This document shows positions 8,831-17,714 of a stretch of 48,831 nt of DNA, piece by piece; the stretch's first letter is position 1; each line of letters opens with the position of its first letter. Position numbers and translations under genes: made by a program. The stretch spans positions 1-48,831 of the forward strand of contig DASZXL010000022.1 in NCBI GenBank assembly GCA_035545915.1. Reading direction: 5' to 3'. Below the pieces are notes generated by a model. That model made no database searches and was not told the origin of the DNA. It saw only the letters and a program-made list of their open reading frames with translations. The DNA is from Minisyncoccota bacterium. Lineage in GTDB: Bacteria > Patescibacteriota > Minisyncoccia > Phycocordibacterales > UBA6065.

Positions 8831-9678
8831 CGGATTTCTACGAAAGGCGTCTTAGTCGGGAACATGCATTTGAACATGACGTACCAAAGGGGAGAGAGGA
8901 TGCGGAGCTTGTTGGTCGCTATAGAGAACAGCCTCACTTTATATGCAGCTATGCTCCTCGTGGGCATTATAACCTCTTGCTCGGCCCTGTATTTTGCGTT
9001 CTGCGAGCTGATCTGACCCGGGCGGATCCTGAATCGCGTCGTATATTCGCGTACCGAATCGAGTGGGGCATGCTTCGCGAACTGGATACCGAGCCAATAA
9101 TCGCCGGCAGAGCGGAGAGTCGTCGGGATCGGCGCGACCTTCTTCCAGAGGCTCGCGCGCCAGAATGTGCTCTCTTGCTCGACGAAATAACTCTCTCTGC
9201 CGTATATGCCTTTGGCGAGCCAGTCTTGATAATAACTTTTGAACACGCCTTTGCGGAGTTCCGCGCCTGTATCGTCGATGAAGCCGCAGATGCCTTTGGC
9301 CCACATGCTCTCGGGATTGTTCGCGAACCAATCAGCTATCTTCTGGAGCGCGCTGTCTGGATAGTAGAGATCGTCGCCGCCGATCCAGGCGAAGATGTCG
9401 CCGGTTGCCTGCGCGAATCCGTTATTGATGGCAGCGTACATGCCTTGGTTCTGTTGATGTATGTACCTGAGCTCGAATGAGCGGCAGCTCGCTTTTATCT
9501 CTCCTTTGGCGAGCTTTTCCTTTATATCGATGATGATCTTCTCGCTCGAATCGGCCGATCCATCATTCACGAGCGTGTATTCGACGTCGAAATCGCCGCG
9601 CTGGGCGAGCACGCTTTCGATGGTCTCGCGGATGTACCGCTCCATGTTATAGACCGGCGTGACGACGGATATCTTCAT
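8827..9678 (-). CDS. Glycosyltransferase family 2
   Basis: 283 aa. Motifs: MKISVVTPVYNMERYIRETIESVLAQ, LVNDGSADSS, GGDDLYYP. Confidence 0.85.
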   Translation of the reverse strand: MKISVVTPVYNMERYIRETIESVLAQRGDFDVEYTLVNDGSADSSEKIIIDIKEKLAKGEIKASCRSFELRYIHQQNQGMYAAINNGFAQATGDIFAWIGGDDLYYPDSALQKIADWFANNPESMWAKGICGFIDDTGAELRKGVFKSYYQDWLAKGIYGRESYFVEQESTFWRASLWKKVAPIPTTLRSAGDYWLGIQFAKHAPLDSVREYTTRFRIRPGQISSQNAKYRAEQEVIMPTRSIAAYKVRLFSIATNKLRILSPLWYVMFKCMFPTKTPFVEIR

Positions 9679-9679
9679 G

Positions 9680-10534
9680 TCAGCCGATTATATATTTTTC
9701 GGGCATATTGTCATATCTCTCGTTCTGTTTCGTCTGTCGCCACATGTACATCGGGGCAAAGAAGACATGGCTCCTGCCGAACGTCTCTGCGACCTCGAAA
9801 TTGAAATCGCGGTCCGCTCCGCGGCCCATGAATGACGGCCAGACGCGGTCGGCGAGTTTCCTGAAGCGAACCTTGTCGATAACTTCTCTTTTGAAGAGAG
9901 ACGAATTGCCTGATGCCGGATATGGGTCGAGAGCGCCGAAGAATGCCTTGTTCAAAATCCGCGCCGTCTTGATGCTCCATGGGATATATGCGGCGAGAGA
10001 GCCGAGGATCTTGTACGCGACGCCTTTGGTCCTCCGCGCGAGGCGCGCGAGTTCATCAGGTCCCATCATGCCCGGGCGGTCTTTGAGGTATGCGTCGATG
10101 TCGAAACGCTTGCCAAGATATTTCTCATCGAACGACTGCCAGTCGAACGTTACGTGCATCGAATCATGCTTGATGAGGAGGTCGTACTGCGCCTCGATGC
10201 GGTTCGCGAACGATGCGTCGTCGGCGTCTTGGAACGTGATGTACGCGCCGCGAGCTTTCTCGAATCCATAATTCCTCGCCGAATATCCTGCGTTTATGTT
10301 CCTGCCGCGCGAATTGACGCGATTCGGGTCATTGAAGGGAAGGGCGTAGTACGAGATGCGCGGGTCTTCCTTTGCCAAAGCGAGGACGACGGACCTCGTA
10401 TCGTCAGCGCTGTTATCGTCGATGACGATGATCTCGAGCTCTCTCCATGTTTGGCTCGCGATCGATCGTATGGCGGTGCCGATGGTCGTGGCTGAATTAT
10501 GGGCGGGGATGATGACTGATATGAGAGGTTTCAT
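9680..10534 (-). CDS. Glycosyltransferase family 2
   Basis: 284 aa. Motifs: ISVIIPAHNSATTIGTAIRSIASQ, IIVIDDNSADDT, ITFQDADD. Confidence 0.85.
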   Translation of the reverse strand: MKPLISVIIPAHNSATTIGTAIRSIASQTWRELEIIVIDDNSADDTRSVVLALAKEDPRISYYALPFNDPNRVNSRGRNINAGYSARNYGFEKARGAYITFQDADDASFANRIEAQYDLLIKHDSMHVTFDWQSFDEKYLGKRFDIDAYLKDRPGMMGPDELARLARRTKGVAYKILGSLAAYIPWSIKTARILNKAFFGALDPYPASGNSSLFKREVIDKVRFRKLADRVWPSFMGRGADRDFNFEVAETFGRSHVFFAPMYMWRQTKQNERYDNMPEKYIIG

Positions 10535-11694
10535 GCCTTCAATATGGTATCGAGGAATAGGGCGTACGTGCGAGAGAATTCAGGTTTGCTATAGAAGGCG
10601 CGGATGAAAGACCAGGCTTTCCGAGCCATAGCCTCGACATCGTTATCGGAGAGAGCGGCGAATTCGAGCGCGGCAGAGCGGATCTTCTCGACGGTCGGCT
10701 CTGATATGAGGGTTGCCGGCGCTCTCTCGTCTATGCCGGTCTCCGGCGTGATTATCGGATAGAGCCCGGCATGAACTGCCTGGACGGCGGCCCCTGACGT
10801 TCCTTCAGAGCATGACATGTACATAAGGGCTCCGCACATATCGGTTATCTGAGAAAAAGGCACACCGTTCACGCTCATGTTTCCTGCCTGATCTATCTTC
10901 GGTCGGCCGTGGAGGGTCACGTTAGGGAGGGAGAGCTCGCTCTTGTAGGCTTCCATGAAGTCCTTTTCGGCCGCGACGGGACCGACGATATGGAGATGAA
11001 GGTCCGGCGTCGTTGCGAATGCCTCGAGTACCATGTCGAGTCCTTTATGGACCGCTCCGCCTCCGCCGAACCAGAGGAATGATTTTTTCGCCGTGGCGAA
11101 ATTCTTGTTCGCCGGGAAATCGAACGTCTTCGACACCGACTCGTGGATAGGGAATATGTCTTTGCCGAAGCGCGCATAGGTGGCGTAGACGGTATCGTTG
11201 CCGAAACCTTCCATATAGGCGGCGAATCGAGGATTCGTAGACGGCGACTCGGTTCTCTGGGCTTTCAATTCGATGCCGCGGCGCGATTTGAGATTCGCGA
11301 GCCTTTTCTGTTCGGCGTTGTTCTGGAATTCGCCGTATGAAGACACGACGTGCATGACTTTCTTGCAATCAGACGGAAGGAGCGGCGCGAGACGCTCGAG
11401 CCTTTTTTGGGTGTCGATGCAGATCTTATATTTTTTCTTGGGGATGAACGCTTCGTCGTTCCACTGGATTATATCGACGGCATAGCCTCGCTCTGCGAGA
11501 AGGCGGGCGATCTCGGCGCATTCCCAGTAGTTCGCGTGCGGATCCATGTGACTTTCCTTCGGGGTCTGAGTGAAAGGCGAGACGAGGTACGATAGCAGGG
11601 CGTCGCCCTTCTTTTTACCTCTGGCCGGCATATGGGCCGTGCCGCGTATCTTATTCGAGAGCTTGTTTATGTATGCGCGGTACGTGCTAGGCAT
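10531..11694 (-). CDS. Glycosyltransferase, GT-B fold (GT4-like)
   Basis: 387 aa. The C-terminal half contains FLWFGGGGAVHKGLDMVLEAF, LHIVGP and SCSEGTSGAAVQAVHAGLYPIITPETG. Confidence 0.65.
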   Translation of the reverse strand: MPSTYRAYINKLSNKIRGTAHMPARGKKKGDALLSYLVSPFTQTPKESHMDPHANYWECAEIARLLAERGYAVDIIQWNDEAFIPKKKYKICIDTQKRLERLAPLLPSDCKKVMHVVSSYGEFQNNAEQKRLANLKSRRGIELKAQRTESPSTNPRFAAYMEGFGNDTVYATYARFGKDIFPIHESVSKTFDFPANKNFATAKKSFLWFGGGGAVHKGLDMVLEAFATTPDLHLHIVGPVAAEKDFMEAYKSELSLPNVTLHGRPKIDQAGNMSVNGVPFSQITDMCGALMYMSCSEGTSGAAVQAVHAGLYPIITPETGIDERAPATLISEPTVEKIRSAALEFAALSDNDVEAMARKAWSFIRAFYSKPEFSRTYALFLDTILKA

Positions 11695-13495
11695 GGAGGT
11701 GATTTTTATTATGCGTATTAAACCACATAAGAAGGCATACGAGCGACCAGAGCTTGCCGCCGTTCTCGCCGGTCTTGTAGAAGTCGGCCGAGACGCGCAG
11801 GGAGGCGTTTCGATCGAGAAATCTCCATGCGGGATTGCCTTCGGCGAAGAGCGAATCGACGAGCGCTTTCATTTTAGGCTGGGCAAGCCACGTACCAACG
11901 GGCGCGCCGAAACCCTGTTTCCTGCGGTCGACGAATTCGCGGGGAAATACCTCGGCGAGGATGTCTTTCAGTATGATCTTGTTCTTGGATTTCGAGAGCT
12001 TGAACGAAGTAGGGAGGCTGTAGACGAATTCCGCGAGCGCGGTATCGAGGAAGGGCGACCTGACTTCGAGCGAATGCATCATGCTCGTGCGATCTATCTT
12101 GGCGAAGAGCTGTCCGGGTAGGTATATCTTGAGATCGAAGGCGTTTATCTTGCCGATAGGATCGGATATGCCTGCGGTCGCGAGTTTTTCAGATGCCGCT
12201 GACGCTCTCTGCGTCACGCCGCTCGCTCGCGATTTAAGAAGCGCCCGCCGCTCGCTCGCGCCAAAAATAGTCGTCGCCTTGCGGTACGTCCTAAATGGAT
12301 TCAAGAACCATCGCGACGGTTTCCAGCGTGGTGTGTGCCAGTGCTTCTGATACCAGCCGTAACCCATAAAAAGCTCATCAGCGCCGTCGCCCGTGAGCGC
12401 AACCTTAACCTTGCTCGCGGCAAGCCCCGATATGAGGTGCTGAGGGAAATTCGACGTGTCTCCGTGAGGCTCGTCCATATACGCAACGATCTTCTCGAGC
12501 TCGTCAGCGAGGTCGGCGTTCACACGGAGGGGATAGTGGTCCGTGCCGATCTTTTTCGACGCTTCGAGTGCGAACGCTGATTCGTCTTTGGTGCCTTCGT
12601 ATCCGACCGAGAACGTCTTTACGGGAGTCTTCGAATATTTCTGGGCGTAGAGCGTGACGATAGTCGAATCCACGCCGCCTGAAAGGAGCGAGCCGATCTC
12701 GACGTCAGCCACCATCCTCTTCTTCACCGCGGCATCCAAGAGCTCTTTGAGCTTCGCCTTGGCGTCTTCGTATGAGATATCGATCTTCTTCTTTTCCAGG
12801 TCCCAATATCGCCAGGTCTCTATCGAGCCGTCCTTCACGATACCTGCGTGGGCAGGCGGCAGCATGTGTATATTGGAATATATCGTGCGATATGAAGGCA
12901 CGTACATGAGGCGCAGATAATCGTCGAGCGCCGCGGGATCGACGATCCCCTTCACGAGGCCGCTCGCGAATATCGATTTGATCTCGGATGCGGCGACGAA
13001 GAGCGGCGCTTTCCCGGTTCTTTCGATCGACGCATAGTAGAGCGGCTTCTTGCCGAATTGGTCGCGCGCGACGAAGAGCTCTTTCTTCACGTCGTCCCAT
13101 ATCGCGAATGCGAACATACCGTCGATATGCTGTACGCAGTCGCGGCCGTATTCCGCGTAGGCTTTCAATATGACTTCGGTGTCAGACTGGGAAGAGAATC
13201 GATGTCCGCGCTTTTCGAGTTCGGCGCACAGGCCTTTATATCCGTATATCTCGCCGTTGAATACGATCGTAAGAGGATTCGTATTGTCTCGCATCGGCTG
13301 ATGGCCGGCGGGGGAGAGATCGACGATGGAGAGCCGCGTCTGGCCGACGACTGCGCCCGCATCCTCGGCAGAACCGAGCCTCTCGAATCCCTTATCGTCA
13401 GGGCCGCGCTGTGCGAGGCATAAAAGCATCGCGCCGACCTGCGCGTCAGATATGTCTTTAGTCTTTTGTCCTGCTATGGCTATGATGCCGCACAT
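11687..13495 (-). CDS. asnB: Asparagine synthase (glutamine-hydrolysing) family amidotransferase
   Basis: 602 aa. MCGIIAI provides the N-terminal Cys nucleophile of the GATase-2 domain. LSGGVDST is the PP-loop. It lies inside the glycan operon. Confidence 0.85.
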   Translation of the reverse strand: MCGIIAIAGQKTKDISDAQVGAMLLCLAQRGPDDKGFERLGSAEDAGAVVGQTRLSIVDLSPAGHQPMRDNTNPLTIVFNGEIYGYKGLCAELEKRGHRFSSQSDTEVILKAYAEYGRDCVQHIDGMFAFAIWDDVKKELFVARDQFGKKPLYYASIERTGKAPLFVAASEIKSIFASGLVKGIVDPAALDDYLRLMYVPSYRTIYSNIHMLPPAHAGIVKDGSIETWRYWDLEKKKIDISYEDAKAKLKELLDAAVKKRMVADVEIGSLLSGGVDSTIVTLYAQKYSKTPVKTFSVGYEGTKDESAFALEASKKIGTDHYPLRVNADLADELEKIVAYMDEPHGDTSNFPQHLISGLAASKVKVALTGDGADELFMGYGWYQKHWHTPRWKPSRWFLNPFRTYRKATTIFGASERRALLKSRASGVTQRASAASEKLATAGISDPIGKINAFDLKIYLPGQLFAKIDRTSMMHSLEVRSPFLDTALAEFVYSLPTSFKLSKSKNKIILKDILAEVFPREFVDRRKQGFGAPVGTWLAQPKMKALVDSLFAEGNPAWRFLDRNASLRVSADFYKTGENGGKLWSLVCLLMWFNTHNKNHLHA

Positions 13496-13496
13496 A

Positions 13497-14591
13497 CTAT
13501 GATCGCCTGGATATGAAGCAGGCTTCCTTCGAGTATATCTGTCGCTCGAATACCTCGTAGCCGGCTTCGGCGAGCATACGCTCGGCGGCCTTCAGAGACA
13601 AGATCTTACGATCGATGCGCGTCATGAGGGCGTTCTTCACGTTCGGACGGATTTTTTTGAGCGCTTCGCGCGTCTTCGCGTCGCTCGCGAGCATATCAGG
13701 GTAGACCTCAATGCCGAAATGATCGTATCGGTCGATGAATCCCTTGATATCAGGCTTGTTCGGCCTACCCATGGTCCATCCCGCTATCCTGAATATCTTT
13801 CGATAGAGGCGGCGGAGGAAATTATTCGATGTATGCGCCGCGAGCCAGTCTACGAGCCTTCGTAGCGGATCGAGCGCGTTCGTCTGCTCGCCGATGATGG
13901 TCCAGTCTTTCTTCAATATCGGCAGTTGCCATTCGTTATTCTCGCGGGCATATCGATGGACGAAGAGCTTCTGATCTGGATTTCGATAGGGAAGGCAGTC
14001 GATCATGAACATGAAAGACGAATCAATGACATGGATCTCCGCGGCCTTCTCTATAATCTCTGTATAGTCGAATACCGTCGCGGCTTTTGAGGGGTCGGGA
14101 ACGAATACCTCGAGGTCGCGATTGACGAGATGGCGTTTGATGGCGTATCCGCGCGACGTGTCTTCGTGAAGGAAGGCGTAGGGCTTTTTGGGAGCGTTCT
14201 TCTCGGAGAACGCGCGCTCTACCGCGCGGTCACGTTCGACATGGAATGCGCTCCAGGTCTTGTCGAGGCCGACTCCTGCCATCGTATAGAACTGCTTCTG
14301 CAGATGTACCCCCGAATTCTTGTCCAGGCGGTCGAAGCCGATGATCATAGATTCGCCGTATTCGCGTCCCGGTCCGGCATTCTCCGCTATATATGCGCGG
14401 GCGACTTTCTCGTCTCCCTTGAGAATAGCGACGTTCGGCAGGTCGCGGTACATGAAGGCCGTCGACGCATAGTTATGGGGCAGGCAGAAGAGGCCGACCT
14501 TGGCGTACCGTGCCGCATAGTCGCGGACGATGCCGTGGCACATGAAATGGTCGCCAAGGCCGAAATTGTGGAGGACGATGACGCTTCGCAT
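13497..14591 (-). CDS. Hypothetical protein, first gene of the 8-gene glycan operon; weak GT9-like N-terminus
   Basis: 364 aa. The N-terminus VIVLHNFGLGDHFMCHGIVRDYAARY resembles the xxGxGD start of heptosyltransferase-type GT-B proteins. I do not recognise the C-terminal ~120 aa. Confidence 0.6.
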   Translation of the reverse strand: MRSVIVLHNFGLGDHFMCHGIVRDYAARYAKVGLFCLPHNYASTAFMYRDLPNVAILKGDEKVARAYIAENAGPGREYGESMIIGFDRLDKNSGVHLQKQFYTMAGVGLDKTWSAFHVERDRAVERAFSEKNAPKKPYAFLHEDTSRGYAIKRHLVNRDLEVFVPDPSKAATVFDYTEIIEKAAEIHVIDSSFMFMIDCLPYRNPDQKLFVHRYARENNEWQLPILKKDWTIIGEQTNALDPLRRLVDWLAAHTSNNFLRRLYRKIFRIAGWTMGRPNKPDIKGFIDRYDHFGIEVYPDMLASDAKTREALKKIRPNVKNALMTRIDRKILSLKAAERMLAEAGYEVFERQIYSKEACFISRRS

Positions 14592-14600
14592 GGTGTCCGC

Positions 14601-14606
14601 AGTATA
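14601..14606 (-). promoter_or_regulatory. -10-like box TATACT, 9 nt upstream of the ATG at 14591 (candidate leaderless operon start)
   Basis: The minus strand reads gcTATACTgcggacaccATG. Confidence 0.4.
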
Positions 14607-14655
14607 GCATTTCGCATCGCGGGCGACGTATGGCGGATTACAGGAAAAGTGCTAC

Positions 14656-14661
14656 TATAAT
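14656..14661 (+). promoter_or_regulatory. -10 box TATAAT, 9 nt upstream of the ATG at 14671 (candidate leaderless)
   Basis: The sequence reads gctacTATAATcgtacttttATG. Confidence 0.45.
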
Positions 14662-14670
14662 CGTACTTTT

Positions 14671-15702
14671 ATGAAAGCAGCAATCCTCGAGACCATAAAC
14701 GGTCCTCTTATCATCGACGATATCGAGCTCACCGACCTCGCGTTCGGACAGGTGCTCGTCAAGATATTGGTCTCCGGCCTCTGTGGCTCTCAGCTTCAGG
14801 AGATCGCTGGCAATAAAGGCAATGCCAAATTCGTGCCCCATCTCCTCGGCCACGAAGGCTGCGGCATTGTCGAGAAAGTCGGTCCCGGCGTGACCAAGGT
14901 AAAACCGGGCGACAAGGTCATCATGCACTGGAGGAAAGGCGAAGGCATCGAGGCCGATTTCCCGACATATATATGGAAGGGCAAGCCGATGCGAAGCGGC
15001 AAGGTGACCACGCTCTCCGAATATTCGGTCGTGTCGGAGAACAGGGTGACCCCTGTTCCTCAGGATACTCCTGAGGAACTCTGCGCCCTTCTCGGCTGCA
15101 GCCTTTCGACCGCTCTCGGTCTCATCGACAATGAATCTGAGCTGAAGCTCGGCGAGAGCTTTATGACCATGGGTGTGGGCGGTCTCGGCGTCAACCTCAT
15201 CAAGGCCGCCAAGCTCGCGGGCGCGCATCCGATCATCGCCGTCGACATCCATGACCACAAGAAAGACACGGCCCTCGAGGTCGGCGCGGACCTTTACATA
15301 AACGCGGCTACTCAGTCGATCAAAGACGAGCTCGGCAAGCTTGGCCTCAAAGACGTCCATGTCATTGTCGACTGCACGGGTAGCAAGAAGGCGATCGAGG
15401 ATTCCATGCAGCTCCTCTCGGGTATCGGCCGCTTCGTCATGCTCGGCCATCCGAAGCCCGGCGAGTCGATCGAGATCAAGAACGCTAATCATTTCTTCGA
15501 AGGTGAGGGCAAATCCATGCGCGCGACGCAGGGCGGCAGGTTCCACCCGACGCGCGATATCCCGCGCTACGTGAGTCTCCATAAGAGCGGCAAGCTCAAC
15601 ATCGACAAGATCATCACTCATCGCCTCAAGCTCAATCAGATAAACGAAGCCATCGACCTCGTCAGGAAGGGCGGCGCGAGCCGCATATTGATAGAGATGT
15701 AA
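14671..15702 (+). CDS. Zn-dependent medium-chain (MDR) alcohol dehydrogenase family protein
   Basis: 343 aa. Motifs: [35 protein letters not shown], and the Rossmann motif GVGGLGVN. The structural-Zn Cys cluster appears to be absent. Confidence 0.85.
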   Translation: MKAAILETINGPLIIDDIELTDLAFGQVLVKILVSGLCGSQLQEIAGNKGNAKFVPHLLGHEGCGIVEKVGPGVTKVKPGDKVIMHWRKGEGIEADFPTYIWKGKPMRSGKVTTLSEYSVVSENRVTPVPQDTPEELCALLGCSLSTALGLIDNESELKLGESFMTMGVGGLGVNLIKAAKLAGAHPIIAVDIHDHKKDTALEVGADLYINAATQSIKDELGKLGLKDVHVIVDCTGSKKAIEDSMQLLSGIGRFVMLGHPKPGESIEIKNANHFFEGEGKSMRATQGGRFHPTRDIPRYVSLHKSGKLNIDKIITHRLKLNQINEAIDLVRKGGASRILIEM

Positions 15703-15715
15703 CTCTGGCCCTGTC

Positions 15716-16669
15716 ATGAAGTCGAACCTCCTTCACGCATTCAAGACCATGACCTCGATCCGCGTCGCGGAAGAGGAGATCGCGAAATATTACCTCGAGA
15801 ACAAGGTAATGAGCTTCGTCCATTTCTACGTGGGCCAAGAAGCTGTCGCTGTGGGCGTCTGTGACGCATTGGCACCCGAAGATCGCGTCATGGGCAACCA
15901 TCGATCGCATGGCCACTATCTAGCCAAAGGCGGCGACTTGAAGGCTATGGTCTGCGAGCTCCTCGGCAAGGCCGAGGGCTGTTGCAAAGGAAAGGGCGGC
16001 TCGATGCACATGATAGACAAGTCGGTGAATTTCATCGGTTCGACGCCGATACTCGGCTCCGTCGTGCCGCTCGCGAACGGCAGTGCATTCGAGCAGCGAT
16101 ATTCAAAGGCCAAGGGCCTCACCGCGGCATTCTTCGGCGATGGTGCGTTTGAAGAAGGTGTTGTGTATGAGACGCTCAACCTGGCGGCCCTTTTCAAAAA
16201 TCCGCTTCTTCTCGTCGTCGAAAACAATCTCCACTCGGTCAATTCCAAGCTCCGCGACAGGCGATCTGCTGAACATAATGTCGAGAATATCGTCACAGGT
16301 TTCGGCGTTAAATATCTGAAGGCCGACGGTCTCGACTATGAAGACGTCCTCGCGAAGGCTTCTGAAGCTGTAACGTACATTCGCGCGGGCAAAGGTCCTG
16401 TCGTTTTGGAATGTGTGACGTTTCGCCACATGGCTCACAGCGCGCCGATCTTCGACGAGAACTATCGCGAGGAGGACGTGCTCGAGAAGCGCGTCGAAAA
16501 GGACTCGGTCAAAAAAGTGCGCGCCGCTCTGGTAAAGCAGGGCGTCGCCGAAGCCGAGCTCGCTAAGATCGAAACGGACGCCCGCGCGCATGCGATCGAC
16601 TGCATCAAATACGCGGCGACCGCTCCGTATCCGGCCAAGGAGACTCTTTATACCGACGTATTCGCATAA
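15716..16669 (+). CDS. ThDP-dependent 2-oxoacid/acetoin dehydrogenase E1 component, alpha subunit-like
   Basis: 317 aa. The ThDP motif GDG-26 residues-NN is present (FFGDGAFEEGVVYETLNLAALFKNPLLLVVENN). FRHMAHS corresponds to the YRxxGHS region. Confidence 0.8.
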   Translation: MKSNLLHAFKTMTSIRVAEEEIAKYYLENKVMSFVHFYVGQEAVAVGVCDALAPEDRVMGNHRSHGHYLAKGGDLKAMVCELLGKAEGCCKGKGGSMHMIDKSVNFIGSTPILGSVVPLANGSAFEQRYSKAKGLTAAFFGDGAFEEGVVYETLNLAALFKNPLLLVVENNLHSVNSKLRDRRSAEHNVENIVTGFGVKYLKADGLDYEDVLAKASEAVTYIRAGKGPVVLECVTFRHMAHSAPIFDENYREEDVLEKRVEKDSVKKVRAALVKQGVAEAELAKIETDARAHAIDCIKYAATAPYPAKETLYTDVFA

Positions 16670-16673
16670 ACCT

Positions 16674-17714
16674 ATGGCTGAACGCATCATTAAATATACC
16701 GAGGCTCTGAAGGAAGCGACAGACCAGATGATGGAGGTCGATCCGAGGGTCTGCGTGCTCGGCCTCGGCGTATCGTATAAAAACGGCGCCGACGGCACGA
16801 CGGCGGGGCTCAAGGCGAAATATCCCGACCGCGTCCTCGACGTGCCGGTGTCCGAGGCGGGTATCACGGGCATGGCCGTCGGCGCGGCCATCGCCGGCAT
16901 CCATCCGATCGTCCATCACGGACGCCTCGAATTCGCCATCCTTGGCGCGGACGCCATGTTCACGCAGGCGGCGAAATGGAATTACATGTTTGGCGGCGGC
17001 AATCCGGTTCCCGTCGTGTTCCGCATCAACATCGGCCGTCAGTGGGGCAATGGTCCTCAGCACACGCAGGCCTTCTATTCGCTCTTCGGCAACACCGTCG
17101 GTCTCAAGGTCGTCATTCCGTCGTCGCCGCGCATGGCGAAAGGCCTCCTCGTCTCCGCGCTCCGCGACAAGAATCCCGTCGTCATCCTCGAGCCGCGCTG
17201 GCTTTTCAATATAAAACAGGATGTCCCGACGGAGATATTCGCTGAGCCTCTCGATAAGGCGCAGGTCGTCGCGAAGGGAAATGATGTCACGATCGTTTCG
17301 TACGGCGATGGACTTCTCGCTGCGCGCGAGGCTCTCGATATCATCGGCGACAAGGCATCTGTCGAGCTTGTCGACCTTGTGAGTATCAATCCGATCGATT
17401 ATCCGACTGTGCTTACCTCTATAAAAAAGACCGGACGCCTCATCACCATCGACACGACCAACGAAGCATTCAACATCGGTTCCGAAATCATCGCCGCTGT
17501 AGGGAAGGACCAGTCGATCAAGCTCAAGACCGCGCCTGTCACGCTATCATGCCCGAACGTGCCGATCCCGACGTCGACAGCCCTCACCAAATCCGTATAT
17601 CCGACCAAGGTAGATGTCGCGAATGCCGTGCTCAAGCTTCTCGGCAAAGGGGAAGTAGGTACGAAGCTCTCGTTCGAAGGGCTCCATATCGCGCCAGGCA
17701 TCACGCTTATTTAA
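16674..17714 (+). CDS. ThDP-dependent dehydrogenase E1 component, beta subunit-like (transketolase-like Pyr + C-terminal domains)
   Basis: The track ORF starts at 16590 and overlaps the alpha subunit. The ATG at 16674 (MAERIIKYTEALKEA) lies 4 nt after the alpha stop and is preferred. Motif: VLDVPVSEAGITGMAVGAAIAGIHPIV. Confidence 0.8.
   Translation: MAERIIKYTEALKEATDQMMEVDPRVCVLGLGVSYKNGADGTTAGLKAKYPDRVLDVPVSEAGITGMAVGAAIAGIHPIVHHGRLEFAILGADAMFTQAAKWNYMFGGGNPVPVVFRINIGRQWGNGPQHTQAFYSLFGNTVGLKVVIPSSPRMAKGLLVSALRDKNPVVILEPRWLFNIKQDVPTEIFAEPLDKAQVVAKGNDVTIVSYGDGLLAAREALDIIGDKASVELVDLVSINPIDYPTVLTSIKKTGRLITIDTTNEAFNIGSEIIAAVGKDQSIKLKTAPVTLSCPNVPIPTSTALTKSVYPTKVDVANAVLKLLGKGEVGTKLSFEGLHIAPGITLI

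Noticed and set aside
14638-15717. A 359-aa ORF antisense to the MDR dehydrogenase gene.
   Set aside because: It mirrors a gene with clear family motifs on the other strand. Its product is low-complexity (rich in D/E/R/L/A) with no recognisable motifs. This is the typical shadow ORF of a GC-rich gene with strong codon periodicity.
16590-16673. N-terminal extensions in the ORF track. Examples: E1-beta from 16590, nrdB from 36880, 38014 TTG, 28506, 46593 TTG, hsp20 TTG at 47533, 522 GTG and 20429 GTG.
   Set aside because: These extensions overlap upstream genes or use non-ATG codons with no signals. Downstream ATGs align with family N-termini and/or with -10 or SD signals.
14671-17714. Reading the E1 alpha/beta pair plus dehydrogenase as a conventional pyruvate dehydrogenase complex.
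   Set aside because: No E2 or E3 gene is in the window, and the flanks are glycan genes. I kept it as a hypothesis-level finding rather than annotating it as PDH. Acetoin-type metabolism remains an untested alternative.
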